Source: Somniosus microcephalus (lineage: Eukaryota). From it: a stretch of 64,000 nt of DNA. The notes beneath the pieces are model-generated. The model was not told where the DNA came from. It made no database searches and saw nothing but the letters and a program-made list of their open reading frames with translations. A program made the translations under genes and the position numbers. Positions within the stretch are counted from its first letter, which is position 1; each line of letters begins with the position of its first letter. Positions 35,043-47,779 of this stretch are shown here, piece after piece. The stretch spans positions 49,166,001 through 49,230,000 of the forward strand of contig CM126222.1 of the NCBI GenBank assembly GCA_052327205.1, given 5' to 3'.

Positions 35043-37510
35043 TCCGTGTGTATTAACAGTACAACTTTTACATTGGGACAAAGCAGTTTCTGCTTCACAT
35101 TCACACTAAAATGCCTTCACCATTATCAGACAGGGCTCCCTTATCAGTTATATCACAAGAATCTGATGCAATGCTCCAAAAGATAGGACACCTTTGGGTT
35201 ATGTAATTGGGTATTCAAATGGCAAATTCATTTACTACTAACAAATGTTAAGTTTTCAACATTGGCCAATAAAAAATGCATCCTAAATATCCACTAAATG
35301 GAATTGAATTGGCAGAGGGAGAATTAGAATGTGATCTGGCAATGATGGTAAGGAGTTACAGTTCACTAGTAAGATCCCATTTCGAGTTTTGTGTTTATTT
35401 TTGGTCACCATGTCCCAAAAGTCATATCCATGAATAAGAGAGGGTGAGTAGAAGAGCAGCAAGACTGGTCCAAAGTAGAAAGAGAATGAGCTGATTGTAG
35501 GAACTGAAGCTCTGCAGTCTAGAAGGATGATTATTGAAGACCAGTGGAGTTGTCTGGATAGTACTTCAGTAGGGAACCCATTCAGTAGATTAAAAATTCA
35601 GGAGCACTGGTAGTGTGGAGATAATAGGAGGCGACTGCCTGCCTGAGTACCTTTGCTCCACTAGTCAGGTTTTCCATTCACTGGCACTTCACTTTTGCAC
35701 TGAAAGTTGTTATAAAGTGCCAGTGCAATGCCGCTCCACCAGCCTGACTATGAAGGAAGTGATCGGCAGGCAACTGCTGTTTTTACAGTCAGCATACACT
35801 CCACTACACTCCCCGGCACTGTTTAAAACTAGAAGCTCAATTAAAATGCCAGCGAGCAGAGCATGTATCGTCAAAGACATGTCAGTTACTGTACCAGCTG
35901 GTAACTTCCTTCACAGTCAAATGGGAGGAGACGGATAAAGCATCAAGACTTTAAAATAGACTCTGATTAAAATTTAAGCCTCAACTTATGGGAAAATCCT
36001 TTGGGAGCATTGCAACTGATGAGCGGGCAGCCACTAAGGATGGCCAGGCCCTCAGGTAACTCCAGAGTTTTGGCACTCTTGTATTCAATTGGATGGAGTC
36101 CTACTGTATATAAAATATTAAATGATGCAGGCCAGAAAACCCCCCAGAATATTGCTTTAAAATGAGCCAGCACAGCAAAACCAGAAAGCAGAAATTTAAT
36201 TTAGTAAAAATAAATGTAAAGCAGAGATTGGGAAGAACTTCTTTACTTCAAGAATGAAAAGTGTTTGGAATAATCTTCCGGGCTGAGTTGTGCAGACAAA
36301 CATATTAGTGATATTGAAGATGCAGATGGATGGTACAAGAAAGTTAGGATACCGGAGGGATAAAAGAATGATTTGCATTTATATAATGTCTTTCATGACC
36401 TCAGGATGTCCCAAAGCACTTTACAGCCAATGAAGTCTGTTGTTATGTAATAAATGTCAATTGGTGAATGGCCTTTTCTCATCCTTGATTTTTCTTATGT
36501 CCCTATGTTCTCCATGGGAGTCTTTTTGACTAACCTAACATATGAATGCTGCATGAAGGAAACAGACATCTCACTGTAAGATACCTTATTTGTGTATATA
36601 TATATACACATAGGTTTAGGATTAGGTTCAATCTCATAGGATTAAGGTTTTTGTTTTCTTTTTGATTTCTAAATGGCTTGTGGATTTGTACTATACAATA
36701 GCTAGAAACAATGAAATGGTTAAATTGTTCATTCCCAGGATGCTTTAGGGTTTAATGTAACTGTACAATTTAGCTGAGTGTGTTGCTTATTTTCTGCTGA
36801 GATACAGGATGTGTGATTTGTGCTGTTGTTTTTTTGGCGCCACATTGTGAAACAAGATAACCAAGATAGCGATAAGAAGCGGGACAATGGGCCAAGATGA
36901 TAAACAAGTTGGCACCTGGCATTTTATAGGAACTATCTCATTTATGAGGGTCCTGTCTATAACAAACACTTGACATGCCATAATGAATCATCTAGAACAG
37001 TATGCATGACTAGAGGCCTATAAAGATCTTGAGCTTTCCTTCACAATTTGTAAAGAGAGATGAGAACAAAAGGTTTGATGAAGGTTACATCTCTACCCAG
37101 AGGAAAAGCGGGGTAATTGCATTTTTTTCTCCGTATGACTACTGCTTAGAGACATTGCGTGTGTCAAGACAATAAAAGGTTTAAGCTGCAAACCATATTT
37201 GGTGACAGATTCAAATTCTCTTACACCCCACCTCTACAGAGCAGCACTTTGCATAAAGTTTTCTAACTCTGTACATTGGATAAATAAACAAAGCTAAAAC
37301 GCTGAAGACTTGAGCAGTCAGTCTTTTTCTGCCTCGCCTCTTGAAGCCTCAACAAGAATTCTATTTATCCGACATGAATTCTACCATAAGAAAGCTGGAG
37401 CAGAGTCCAACAATCAAAGTCTAAACCAGAAACAAAACAGAATATTACTTCAAAATGAGCCGGCAAAGTAGGTTTTATTTTTCTGTTCCAGTGCTTAAAG
37501 ATTAGGCATA

Positions 37511-37840
37511 GGGCTCCCCGATGGCTCAGTAAGGTTCCACGGTGAGTACCAGAGCCACATACACCAGAAAGAAGCCAGGTTAATGCACAATTTATGCTGG
37601 AGTAGCTGATCTCATTTGGGGCAACAGTAGGAGAACTATAACTCGCCTTCACACCCTTATGCGGGGAAGGATACAATCAGCCAGTGATCCCACTCATATT
37701 TGCTATTCAGTCAGCCTTATTGGGTGTGTATGTGTGCAGGTGTCAGGTAAGGACAGGATATGGCTTGGCAGTGATGCTTCCCGCAGTTATACAGTCTCAC
37801 TGGTGAGGCTTGTGCATGATTAATGGCCACGTAGGCACCT
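37511..37840 (+). mobile_element. Old tRNA-derived SINE
   Basis: A-box-like gatggctcagt head; body similar to 62620-62980 and to 5700-5827 plus 7322-7435 (the latter split by the CR1). Confidence 0.5.
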
Positions 37841-38788
37841 GCACCAGTAATTTCCAAGGGGATTCTCCCGAACCCTCGTTCTAACTTTGGTGGGAGATTG
37901 GCCCAGAAATGGTCTAACCGGCCATTTTCGCCGTTTCTCTAGGCTTTTCACCAAACTTCTGCCGAAGTTACGGTGGTAGATTATTGCCCATAGAACGAAA
38001 CCTCAGCAATACCTTCTGAAAAGCATTGGCAATAGGAAATATTGATCGGGTACAGATTTTTTCCGTGATACAATTAGGACCGAACAGCCTGTCTTCATTT
38101 TTAATGTGCTAATTTGTTAGATTTTGCACTTTGCTACTTTAACTCCCTGTCCAGTGATTCAGGGTCAGGTACTGCTTTCACAGGCAACTGTATAATAGCT
38201 GGAGAGGGAGAGTTATACTTAATTTTGTGGATAGAATTTTTCAGGTGGTTAAAGCTCATCTTAATTTGATCGAGTTTATGGCACAAGCCTTGACTAAGCC
38301 ATTTGTATTGTACCAAATGTTCTTACAGCAAACTCTCTCTTGGTACTGAGAATATCATCCCATTTTTTAAAGTTTTTTTAACACCTGCGATTCTACCAGG
38401 ATGTTAATGGGAGGAAAGTGTATGGGAGAGGTCTCCCCATAATGGATGAAGCAGAATATAAGTTAACTCCTCTGACCTTTACATAGAATGTACAGCACAG
38501 AAACAGGCCTTTAATAGGAACCCAAAGGGGCAAGAAAAAATGGGAGCAAAATAAAAAATATATACTTTTATTGATTTTTGCCTTCAGGTGTAAACATAGA
38601 ACACCTCCCATAGGACAATTCTGTTGCACTCCATCGTGGCGCTGCCATATCAGGCGTTTCTTGTGTAGAATAATGTCTTCCTCTGTATTTCACATCTACT
38701 GTTCCAGCACATGATACATGATTGTAAACATACGGTGAAGATATGTAAGGATCTTGAATCTGTTTCTATGTTTTTTGTTGAAATATGC

Positions 38789-39392
38789 AGGGAAATTACT
38801 CATCGGTTATACAGGGCCTTGGTGAGACCACACCTGGAGTAATGTGTGCAGTTTTGGTTTCCTTACCTAAAAAAGGATATACTTGCCATAGAGGGAGTGC
38901 AGCGAAAGTTCACCAGACTGATTTCTGGGATGGCAGGACTGTTGTATGAGGAGCGATTGGGTCGACTAGGCCTGTATTCACTAGAGTTTAGAAGAATGAG
39001 AGGGGGTCTCATTGAAACGTCTAAAATTCTGACAAGGCTAGACAGACTGGATGCAGGGAGGATGTTTCCCCTGGCTGGCGGGTCTAGAACGAGGGGTCAC
39101 AGTCTCAGGATATGGGGTAGGACATTTAGGACTGAGAGGAGGAGAAATTTCTTCACTCAGAGGGTGGTGAACCTGTGGAATTCTCTACCACAGAAGGCTG
39201 TGGAGGCCAAGTCACTGAATATATTTAAGAAGGAAATAGATAGATTTCTAGACACAAAAGGCATCCAGGGATATGGGGAGAGAGTGGGAATATGGTATTG
39301 AGATAAAGGATCAGCCATGATCATATTGAATGGCGGAGCAGGCTCGAAGGGCTGACTGGCCTACTCCTGCTCCTATTTTTCTGTTTCTATGT
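38789..39392 (+). mobile_element. CR1 LINE 3' fragment
   Basis: ORF 38846-39301 QFWFPYLKKDILAIEGVQRKFTRLI...WNSLP; 3' UTR ggcctactcctgctcct and tttctatg tail. Confidence 0.93.
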
Positions 39393-39837
39393 CATTCAGC
39401 GTAACTGCTTCTCTACTTTGTTGCTGTTCCCTTTGCTTACTTCCAATTTTATTTTTATGTGTCTTTGCTTCTCTTATCATTTCTCTTTGTTGCTGGTTCC
39501 CTTTTTTTCATTCTCGCACTCCAGCTGACTCCTGAAGCTAGATCATTGGTGTTGTTTTATTGTCATTGATAACAATGCTGATCTGAAAATCTAGGCTACT
39601 TTTGTCACCAAGGTTCCTTTGCCGTACACACTGACGTTGCCAATTCCTCCCAAACTCTGAATTCCATGCGTTGCATCACGTGTCATTTTCATGCCTACAC
39701 ATTAGTGTTCTATGTGTGAGAGGAAATGGGAGCTAGCAGTATAATCCGGATACATGTGTGTTAAATCTACTTACCAGTGGGAACCGAGCAACCAGCGGGG
39801 TCAGGGCAGTAAGTAGATGCACAGCAGTGTCAATGTA

Positions 39838-40218
39838 AAAAAAAGAGTTGCATTTATATGGCCACCTTATCATATCTCAGAAACATCTCAAAGTGCTTCA
39901 CAAACATGGAATTACTTTGAAGTAAAATGACTGTTGCTATGCAGGCAAACATGACCATTTTGCACACAGCTAGACCACACAAACAGCAATGAAATAAATG
40001 ATCAGTTAATCTGTTTTTGATGATAATGGTTCAGGGACGAATGTTGGCCAGCAGACCAAGATAATTCCCCTGCTCTTCTTTAAGTTGTGACATGGGGTCT
40101 TTAACATCTATCTGAGCAGTCAGATGGGGAACTCGGTTTAATATCTCACCTGAAGGATGACTCCCCTGAGAATGCAGCATTCCCTTGGTACTGCACTAGA
40201 GTGTCAGCTCACATTATG
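39838..40218 (-). mobile_element. DeuSINE (SacSINE1-like) element
   Basis: ttgcatttatat tail, cacaaacagcaatg, ccctgctcttctt, ctcggtttaatatctca.ctgaagga, aatgcagcattccct..gtactgcact: Deu-domain motifs as recalled. Tail-only pieces at ~3825-3910, 36365-36450 and 51170-51265. Confidence 0.75.
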
Positions 40219-41446
40219 AGAAATGTTCATGGCCTGATTTTTTTTTTTTAGCTGCAGGTGGCTGGCTAATGGTATGGGTAGGCTATGCAATTCTACCAAA
40301 TTATTTTTTGTTTGCTGTAGGCCATGCCACATATGGCGGCAACCAGTTCCGATAATTAGAAGTGAAACAAAGAAGGTGCTGCAGGTGCTGAGAATCTAGA
40401 TTTTTGGAGCGCTTGAGGCCTTACTTAATTAGCTGGGTTTATGATGAGTATCACAGCCTCCTGGAGCCTTACTTGCCTCAGGTGGTCATGGAACAATTTC
40501 ACATAGTTTCTCCTAAATTGGCCACAGTTGTTTTCCTTTCACTTGTTGCTCAGTTAAGGGGTGGGTAAAAGCTGTACTTGTTTGCTCTGTATGTGGATTG
40601 GACAGGCTTGATGGTTTTTTCCTAGCCTCTTAGATTTATATGTTGTTACGTACAATTTAGGCGCCTACAGACTCATAAACTTAAACTGCGGGTGCAAGTC
40701 AACTCTGTTGGTTTTGCCAGCTATTGATTTAGCATGCCTTGTGAGGGCTAAAAGTGGAAGAGAAACTCTTCAGCATGGGTTTCCAAGAATGTTCTATCGC
40801 GTAGACATTTATTTCAGAAAGCGAAGTAATTCCCATGAATGTTTAATTTAAGTATTTTTGGAACATCTTGTTCCATTTCTGCTCAGCTAGTTTAATTCTT
40901 CTATAAATTAAGTGCTCCCAGACTCGCATCCATCTTCCTTCCTCCTCAGTGGCACACCAAGAGGAGTTTAGTGCTTCTACTAACAGTGCAAAATTTATGA
41001 AAGAATACATTTGTTATAGCCAAGAACAGATTTCCTGCAAAATTAATAATGTTATGGATATTTTAAGTAAGATTCCAGCTAGAAAAAAATGCTTGTTGCA
41101 TATTAATTAAAAGAATAACCGCATGCATGCCGAACAATATTTAATTCAAGTGCTCACTCTTTAGAAAAAAATGTACAGCTAGAATGTCCATTTTTATTGA
41201 AAATTGGGAGAAGTGCCCATGTCTCATTGCAATTTACAACCTTCTGACTAAGTTACAGGAAGCAATGTTTTTTGAAACGCGAGGTTCCTGAGAATCAGAT
41301 TTTGTTAGCAGTAACAAAAAACCTTTATCGGGTCACAATGCAATTGTAATAAAGCAGCTAACACATTTGTTATGAATTTGGGACATGCCTTAGACATTTC
41401 CTTATTATCAGCAATGCTAGTCACTCCCATAAGTCATAGAGTCATA

Positions 41447-42204
41447 GGGCTGGATTTTGCCAATGGGGAGCTTTTGGAGGCGGGACTCCCACTTGTCGGG
41501 TTTTAGTCCCGCCTCCATCAACTTCTGGCCCACCCATGCTATTTTCCCTTGATTGACCTTGTTAAGCCCGCCCAGCAAGCTTAGCAGGCCAATTAAGGGG
41601 AAGCTCTGTGAAGTTGTCAAACACTGACATTCTCTGCAGTTTGATGAGTTCTTGAATTCAAGACTCATCAAACCTCTTTCTTTAACAGAAATTAGGTGGT
41701 TGTTGCACTGGAGAATGCAGCAGCCATCTGTCATCTCTGCTGCGGAGATGCGAGACTCTCTACATCCCCAAGGGCTGAAGCCTGCAGGAAGAAACAAAGG
41801 TAAGTAAACTTTTTCTAACACTTTCGACTTACCTCAGATACTCACCTCTCCACACTTGCACCCATCATTTACCTTCACAGTGCACTTTTGCACCCCTCCG
41901 ACCCACTGCTCGCCTCAATGACCCTGGCGGGGTTCGCAGCCTTCGGGACGCCCGCACTTGTGTGGCTAAAATGGGGATAATCCTCTTATCTGCCTGTTAA
42001 CTACCTGTTAACAGGCAGTTAAGTGGCTGTAATCCCCTTCCTGCCTCCAGGAGACGGAACCCGGTGCGAGTTGGCTACCCGCCTCCTGGGAAGATGGCAC
42101 AGAGGCGGGTTGGGGGTGGGAGGGGCACCCGCCCCCAGATTCTGCCATTTTCCTGGCAGTCCCGCCTCCAAACCCGCTTCCCCAGGGCTGGCAAGATCGA
42201 GCCC
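41447..42204 (+). mobile_element. PIF/Harbinger-type MITE, subfamily B copy 2, inserted in a CR1 tail
   Basis: TIR GGGCTGGATTTTGCCA / TGGCAAGATCGAGCCC; exact TSD ATA; flanked on both sides by the gagtcata tail repeat of the adjacent CR1. Confidence 0.92.
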
Positions 42205-43170
42205 ATAGAGTCATAACGGCACAGAAGGAGGCCATTCGGCCCATCGAGTCCGTGCCGGCTCTCTGCAGAGCAATCTAGCCAGTCCCATTCCCCCGCTCTA
42301 TCCCCGTAGCCCTGCAAGTTTATTTCCCTCAAATGCCTATCCAGTCTCCCCTTGAAAACATTGAGTGTCTCCGCTTCCACTACTTCCGTCAGCAGCGAGT
42401 TCCAAGTCCTCACCACTCGCTGCGTAAATTTTTTTTCCTCATATCCCCTCTGTATCTCTTGCCCAAAACCTTAAATCTGTGTCCCCTAGTCCTTGTACCA
42501 TCAACTAGTGGAAACAGCCTCTTCCCGTCTAGCCTATCCAAACCCGTCATAATCTTGTACACCTCTATCAAATCACCCCTCAACCTCCTTTGCTCTAATG
42601 AAAACAAATCCAGCTTCTCCAACCTGTCCTTGTAGCTAAGATCCCCCATCCCCGGAACCATTCTGGTAAATCTCCTCTGCACCCTCTCAAGGGCCTTCAC
42701 ATCCTTCCTAAAGTGTGGTGACCAGAACTGGACACAATACTCCAGTTGTGACCTAACCAGCACTTTATAAAGATTCAGTATAACTTTTGTACTCAATACC
42801 TCGATTTATGAAACCCAAGATTCCATATGCTTTGCTAACCACTCTCTCAATATGTCCTGCCGCCTTCAGGGACCTATGCATATTAACTCCCAGGTCCCTC
42901 TGTCCCTGCACACTCTTTAAAACTGTGCCATTAAGTGTATATTGCCTCTCCCTGTTCCTTCTGCCAAAATGCATCACCTCACACTTCTCTGTATTAAATT
43001 CCATCTGCCACTTGTCTGCCCATTCTGCTAGCCTTCCTATGTCCTGTTGCAGTCGATTGGTATCATCCTCACTGTTTGCCACACCCCCAAGTTTGGTGTC
43101 ATTGGCAAATTTATAAATTCTACTCTGTATTCCAATATCCAGGTAATTTATATATCAAAAAAGCAGTGGT
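42205..43170 (-). mobile_element. CR1 LINE 3' fragment
   Basis: ORFs 42765-43082, 42410-42796 and 42075-42416 (WQMEFNTEKC, LEYCVQFWSP, WNSL) with frameshifts; tail continues at 41428-41446. Confidence 0.93.
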
Positions 43171-44190
43171 CTGAGCTTCTTACATTTAGAGGTGTGCCTG
43201 TATTGCCCAATATCTAATTATATGATAGCGTAACTCGGGGGCGTAACAATTATAGCCCATGTGATCTGAACTGGATATTTGTGTCTTTTGCACCTGTCCC
43301 CACATGCACCCCACCAATCATTTTGAAGGTGGACCGAGGAAACACTTGGTAAGATGAGGCCAGGTACAAATCATCAAGCTGCTTTTTTCATAGCAAGTAA
43401 ACATACGGAGCAATAGTTATGATTGGACTCCCTTAGCTCAATCAGTGCAGCTTATCTACAAGTAATAATAAAAAATAATTAATCGCTATGTTCCCCATAG
43501 GTTGTCTTACTTGATTTAAACAAAATAATTCTAACTACCCTTGTTGCATTCTAAGCTGTCGTTGCAGCTTTCTTTTTAAACCGAGTGAGTGTTTATGCCT
43601 CTGTTTTTATCTCATCGTGTTCACAATCCAAAGGGCAGGCCTGTTCCAGGCAAAGCCTGCCAAGCACCCAGGGACCTCCCAACACAATGGGTTTGAGGTG
43701 TTTATCGATTACTGAGACAAGCTAATTTATTACTTAATATTTACAGTCTTTTGGGGAAACCACGTCAATGCATAGCCCAGTAGCATTTAAACCTCTTTTT
43801 CCTCTGTGCATTTTTTTTTTTAAACCTGTCTGAATAAACTTTGCTTTAAAAACCCAATATTTAAATGCAACTCTATTCCAAACTTTTTTCTCTGGAAAAA
43901 TGGTCAAAAAATCACAAACCGTTACTTGACCAATATGAATGTAAAAGTTTGTTACTCTAGCTGTGGAGTCCACAATTCTGAAGAAAACCAGGTGAGCACA
44001 GCTTGGTGATGGACCATACAACCACAAACAGCACACTGCATATGAGAGAACAATTGTTGAGTTATTCAGGAGGAAGAGTCTGCAAGGCATTGGGACTGCA
44101 GACAGTGGAGAGGTGTGTAGAACTATTGGTATGTATCATATTGATCATATAGTTTATGATTTGCATGACATGTTTCATCAACAGTAACAC

Positions 44191-45016
44191 GGGGTGATTT
44201 TGCCAATGTGAAGCTTTTGGAGGCGGGACTCCCACTTGTCAGGTTTCAGTCCCGCCTCCAACAACTTCTGGCCAACCCACGCTATTTTCCCTTGATTGAC
44301 CTTGTTAAGCCCACCCAGCAGGCTTAGCAGGCCAATTAAGGGAAAGCCAGTTACAGAGAACGTCAACGTTCGGCGTTTTATCTGTCAAAAATTTTTGACA
44401 GATGAATTGTCATCGCCTGACAGCTCTGTGATGCTGTCAAACACTGACATTCTCTGTAGTTTGATGAGGACTTGAATTCAGGACCTCATCAAACTTCTTT
44501 CTTTTACAGAAATTAGATAGTTGTTGCATCTGAGAATGCAACGGCCATCTGTCATCTCCAACGCGGAGGTCCGAGACTCTGTGCATACACACCGACTTAA
44601 GTCTACAGGAAGAAACAAAGGTAAGTACACTTTTAATAACACTTTGCACTTACCTCAGATACTCACCTCTCCACTTTTGCACCCGTCACAGCACACTTTT
44701 GCACCCCCCGACCCCCGCAGACCCACCTACTCGCCTCACTGAGCTGGCGGGTTTCGGAGCCTTTGGGAGGCCCGCACTTGTGAGGGCAAAAAGGGGATCA
44801 TCCTATTTTCTGCTTGTTAACTACCTGTTAACAGGCAATTAATAGGCTTTAATCCCTTCCCGCCTCCAAGGAGACGGGACATGGCACGGGACGGCTACCT
44901 GGGAAGATGGCACGGAGGCGGGTTGGGAGCGGTGATAGTACCTGCCCCCAAATTCTGCCATTTTCCTGGCAGTCCCACATCCATACCCGCCTCCCCAGGG
45001 CTGGCAAAATCACCCC
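44191..45016 (+). mobile_element. PIF/Harbinger-type MITE, subfamily B copy 3
   Basis: Perfect 15-bp TIR GGGGTGATTTTGCCA / TGGCAAAATCACCCC; TSD register ambiguous (CAC or ACA). Confidence 0.9.
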
Positions 45017-46435
45017 ACAGTGTTTCTGCACAAGAATAATAGTGCTTGTAATGATAGTACAGTGACCAAATGCATTGCTGTACTCATAATATCCTATTTG
45101 CTCTTCATAGAGTGAAAAGAACCCAGTGGTGGCCCATGTACTCTTCAAGAGCACCACTCACCCAAGCATCAACTGTCATCAAGCCTACTTAAAGGAAGCA
45201 CCAATAGAGACACATTCACAACAGGAAATGATCATCATTAAGTTGAATGAGTGCAGGGTGACATTGGTGATGAAAGGACAGCATTAGTGCAAGTTTATGA
45301 GGGGCCATCTGGTAGAAATCCAACATGCTGTGTGCCTCTCTTCAGTTTCATGTGGTTACAGACTTTATTATACTTGCTATCCAATGGAAGCTGCTAGAAC
45401 ATGGGTCTGTGTCGAACAGTCTCTCAGACCCCTCGACACACATGATATTGGAAAGTGGCATGGGAGGTTGAACCATCAAGTTGCTTTGACTGCAGTCTGC
45501 CATTGACCACGTAACACAAGTGGCATCTACAGTGACGACCTCATTTATGCAGGGCAGAGGCAGAGTTGGGGAATTCTCGTGAGTGGTTCCATTTCTGCCT
45601 TGGAGGCTTTGGGGTCCAAATTAAAAGATCCAGTCATTGCTAGCTTCTGCTCATTTGGAGATGAGGTACATGCAACCAGAAGGGCAGGATTCTGACATCT
45701 AACAGATCTTTTATTCTCACACAAGTCAATGGGCATGTGTCCTCCAGCAGTGGCATGTATAGAGTAGCACGGGAGCAGTCATTAACATGACATTGACAGT
45801 TTTGTGTCATCGCATACTCCTTCACGAGCGCCCTTAGGCTCCACCTCTGGAAGCAATCACTCACAGTAACTCTGGCAAAGGAAACCTTTGGCAGTGATAC
45901 AGGGCCACCAGGGTTTGTCGTAGATACAGGTAGCATAACTTCTTACAGCTCACCAGGTGCAATAACAGGTTATTGGTTTTGTGCTATTGTTTTGATGTGC
46001 ATGAATCACTGGGATGGAAGGAAGGGACAAAGATGTTTTTCTCCCTTCTAATCTGTGAATTGTATATATTATAACAATAGCTCAAAATCAGTAAATTCAT
46101 ATTGAATTATGATTATGGACAATGCTGTAGTTGTCTATGTAGCAACTTCCCCTGAGGGTACAATTAGTAGTGGGGTCCATGACAACAGTACAGAGAAGTT
46201 CATGACAGGCGAGGGGAAAACAAGAGAGAGAAGTACATCAGACACACATAGGCACTGCAAAACCTAATTCACTTTTAATATATCTTGCAATCTGTTCTTT
46301 CATTATGCCAAAAGAAAGCATTAGGGGTTAATTTCTCTACTGGGTTTTTGGTCCAGAACTCATTGCATTATGCCTGGCACAGAACATCAAAAATTGACGT
46401 ATTAGCAGCAAGCGCCATTACAGACGGAAATTAGA

Positions 46436-47058
46436 GCCCTGATTTTAACTTGGGGCGGGTATTGGGGTGCGGGAGCTGAAGCAGGTGGTGAACTGTATGG
46501 CCCCCTGGAGTGTGAAGCCGGTGAGATTTTAACTCCCAGGCTTCATTCAGATGCTGCAACACTGACTCATGCCCAAAGCTGGCAGTAATGACATAACTGC
46601 CGGGGGGGGGGGGGGGGGGGGGGTGGTGGCGGGAGTCAAAATCCGCGGGGGGGGGGGGGCGGTTCACACCGCTGCCGGAGACCCACGGAAACGGTCCCTG
46701 GCAGGGTAAGTATGGAACTGGAGGAATTAGAAAGCCCATGATCGGGCAAGGAAGGGAAGCCCAGGGCAGGGGAGGCCCATGACAACGTTGTGGGGCCAGA
46801 AGGAGCACTCTTGCTCCTCCTGGCCTACAAGAAACTTTTTTTTTTAAATTATAACTGACGTGCCTGGGCTTTTCATAGCAGGTTTGAGCCCATGCGGGCC
46901 TTAGTTGGGCCTGCAGTTAGAATGGCATGCCACATCTCAATATCGTCATTGGGACGTGACTTTGTCGCTGAAATTCGGCCCCACTCCACTGGGGCGGACA
47001 GGGACCATCCCTCTTAGATTTCTCCATCAGCTCCAGTCTGGAGTTAAAATCTTGAGGG
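46436..47058. mobile_element. GC-rich MITE with GATTTTAACT termini
   Basis: ccctgattttaact ... agttaaaatcttgagggg; interior has poly-G runs and a cagggtaagt donor-like site. Confidence 0.55.
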
Positions 47059-47779
47059 GACTTTCTTTGATAGGTGCTTACAAGCTTGCTAAGGTTAATG
47101 AAGACCTGACTCTTGCATTATTAGAGCCACCGGCTATGTCCTCTGCTGATTTCTACTAAAATACTTCAATCATTTCTTTCACTTTCAGCTGAAGTAAAAA
47201 TAAGAGTTCAGCAAATAATACATTGTTGCATAATGAACAACATTGTCAATGTTTCTTGTATTTAGCGCACAAGTACAAAAGACAAAAGGGGTGAATGGAA
47301 GTCCAGGCCATAAGATCAGACAACCAGGGAACACATCTAGCATCTCAGGAACAGCTACCTGGATATGACTGCTCCGCAATGCATGCAGTTATCAGGGAGA
47401 TCATTACTAAGTCATGCCATTGTGTGGCACTCCAGCTGTAGGAGCACTCCACCATGAGCACAGCTTAAAGTGGTTACGCCGGGATCACACCCGCCAGTGC
47501 CCTCCAGTGTTGACCCTTCAACATCACTCATATGTCCTGTGACGTGCCAACATTCAAGATCTATTGCAGGGTGATAGCAGGCTGGATGGATGGCTCCTGG
47601 GGGATTCCAGCTATCCTCTTTGACTTTGGCTGATGACACCAGTTGTTGTAACAACCAGTGAAGTTGAGGAATGCTAGAGTGAGGCCCATGCCAAAATGAG
47701 AGTGCTTATTCAGCATTGCGTTGGAGTGTATTGGCTGAATCATTTGGGGAAGGGGGACCTTGTAACATGCCCCAGAGAA

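Larger units (their letters stand above)
32050..36510 (+). mobile_element. Very old CR1 LINE fragmented by several later insertions
   Basis: Colinear decayed pieces: 32234-32494 (DFLKHFDKVPH), 35200-35530 (tggcaaattca..aatgttaag, ttttggtcacc), 36200-36360 (aacttctttactt..tggaataatcttcc), 3' UTR 36460-36510. Confidence 0.55.

Noticed and set aside
34476-35109. Cluster of overlapping Pro/Gly-rich ORFs
   Set aside because: Open in many frames because of high GC inside a MITE; no recognisable domain.
31093-44366. Recurring peptide FPLIGLLSLLGGLNKVNQGKIAWVGQKL in several minus-strand ORFs
   Set aside because: Translation of the same non-coding MITE end; frames and starts are not conserved between copies.
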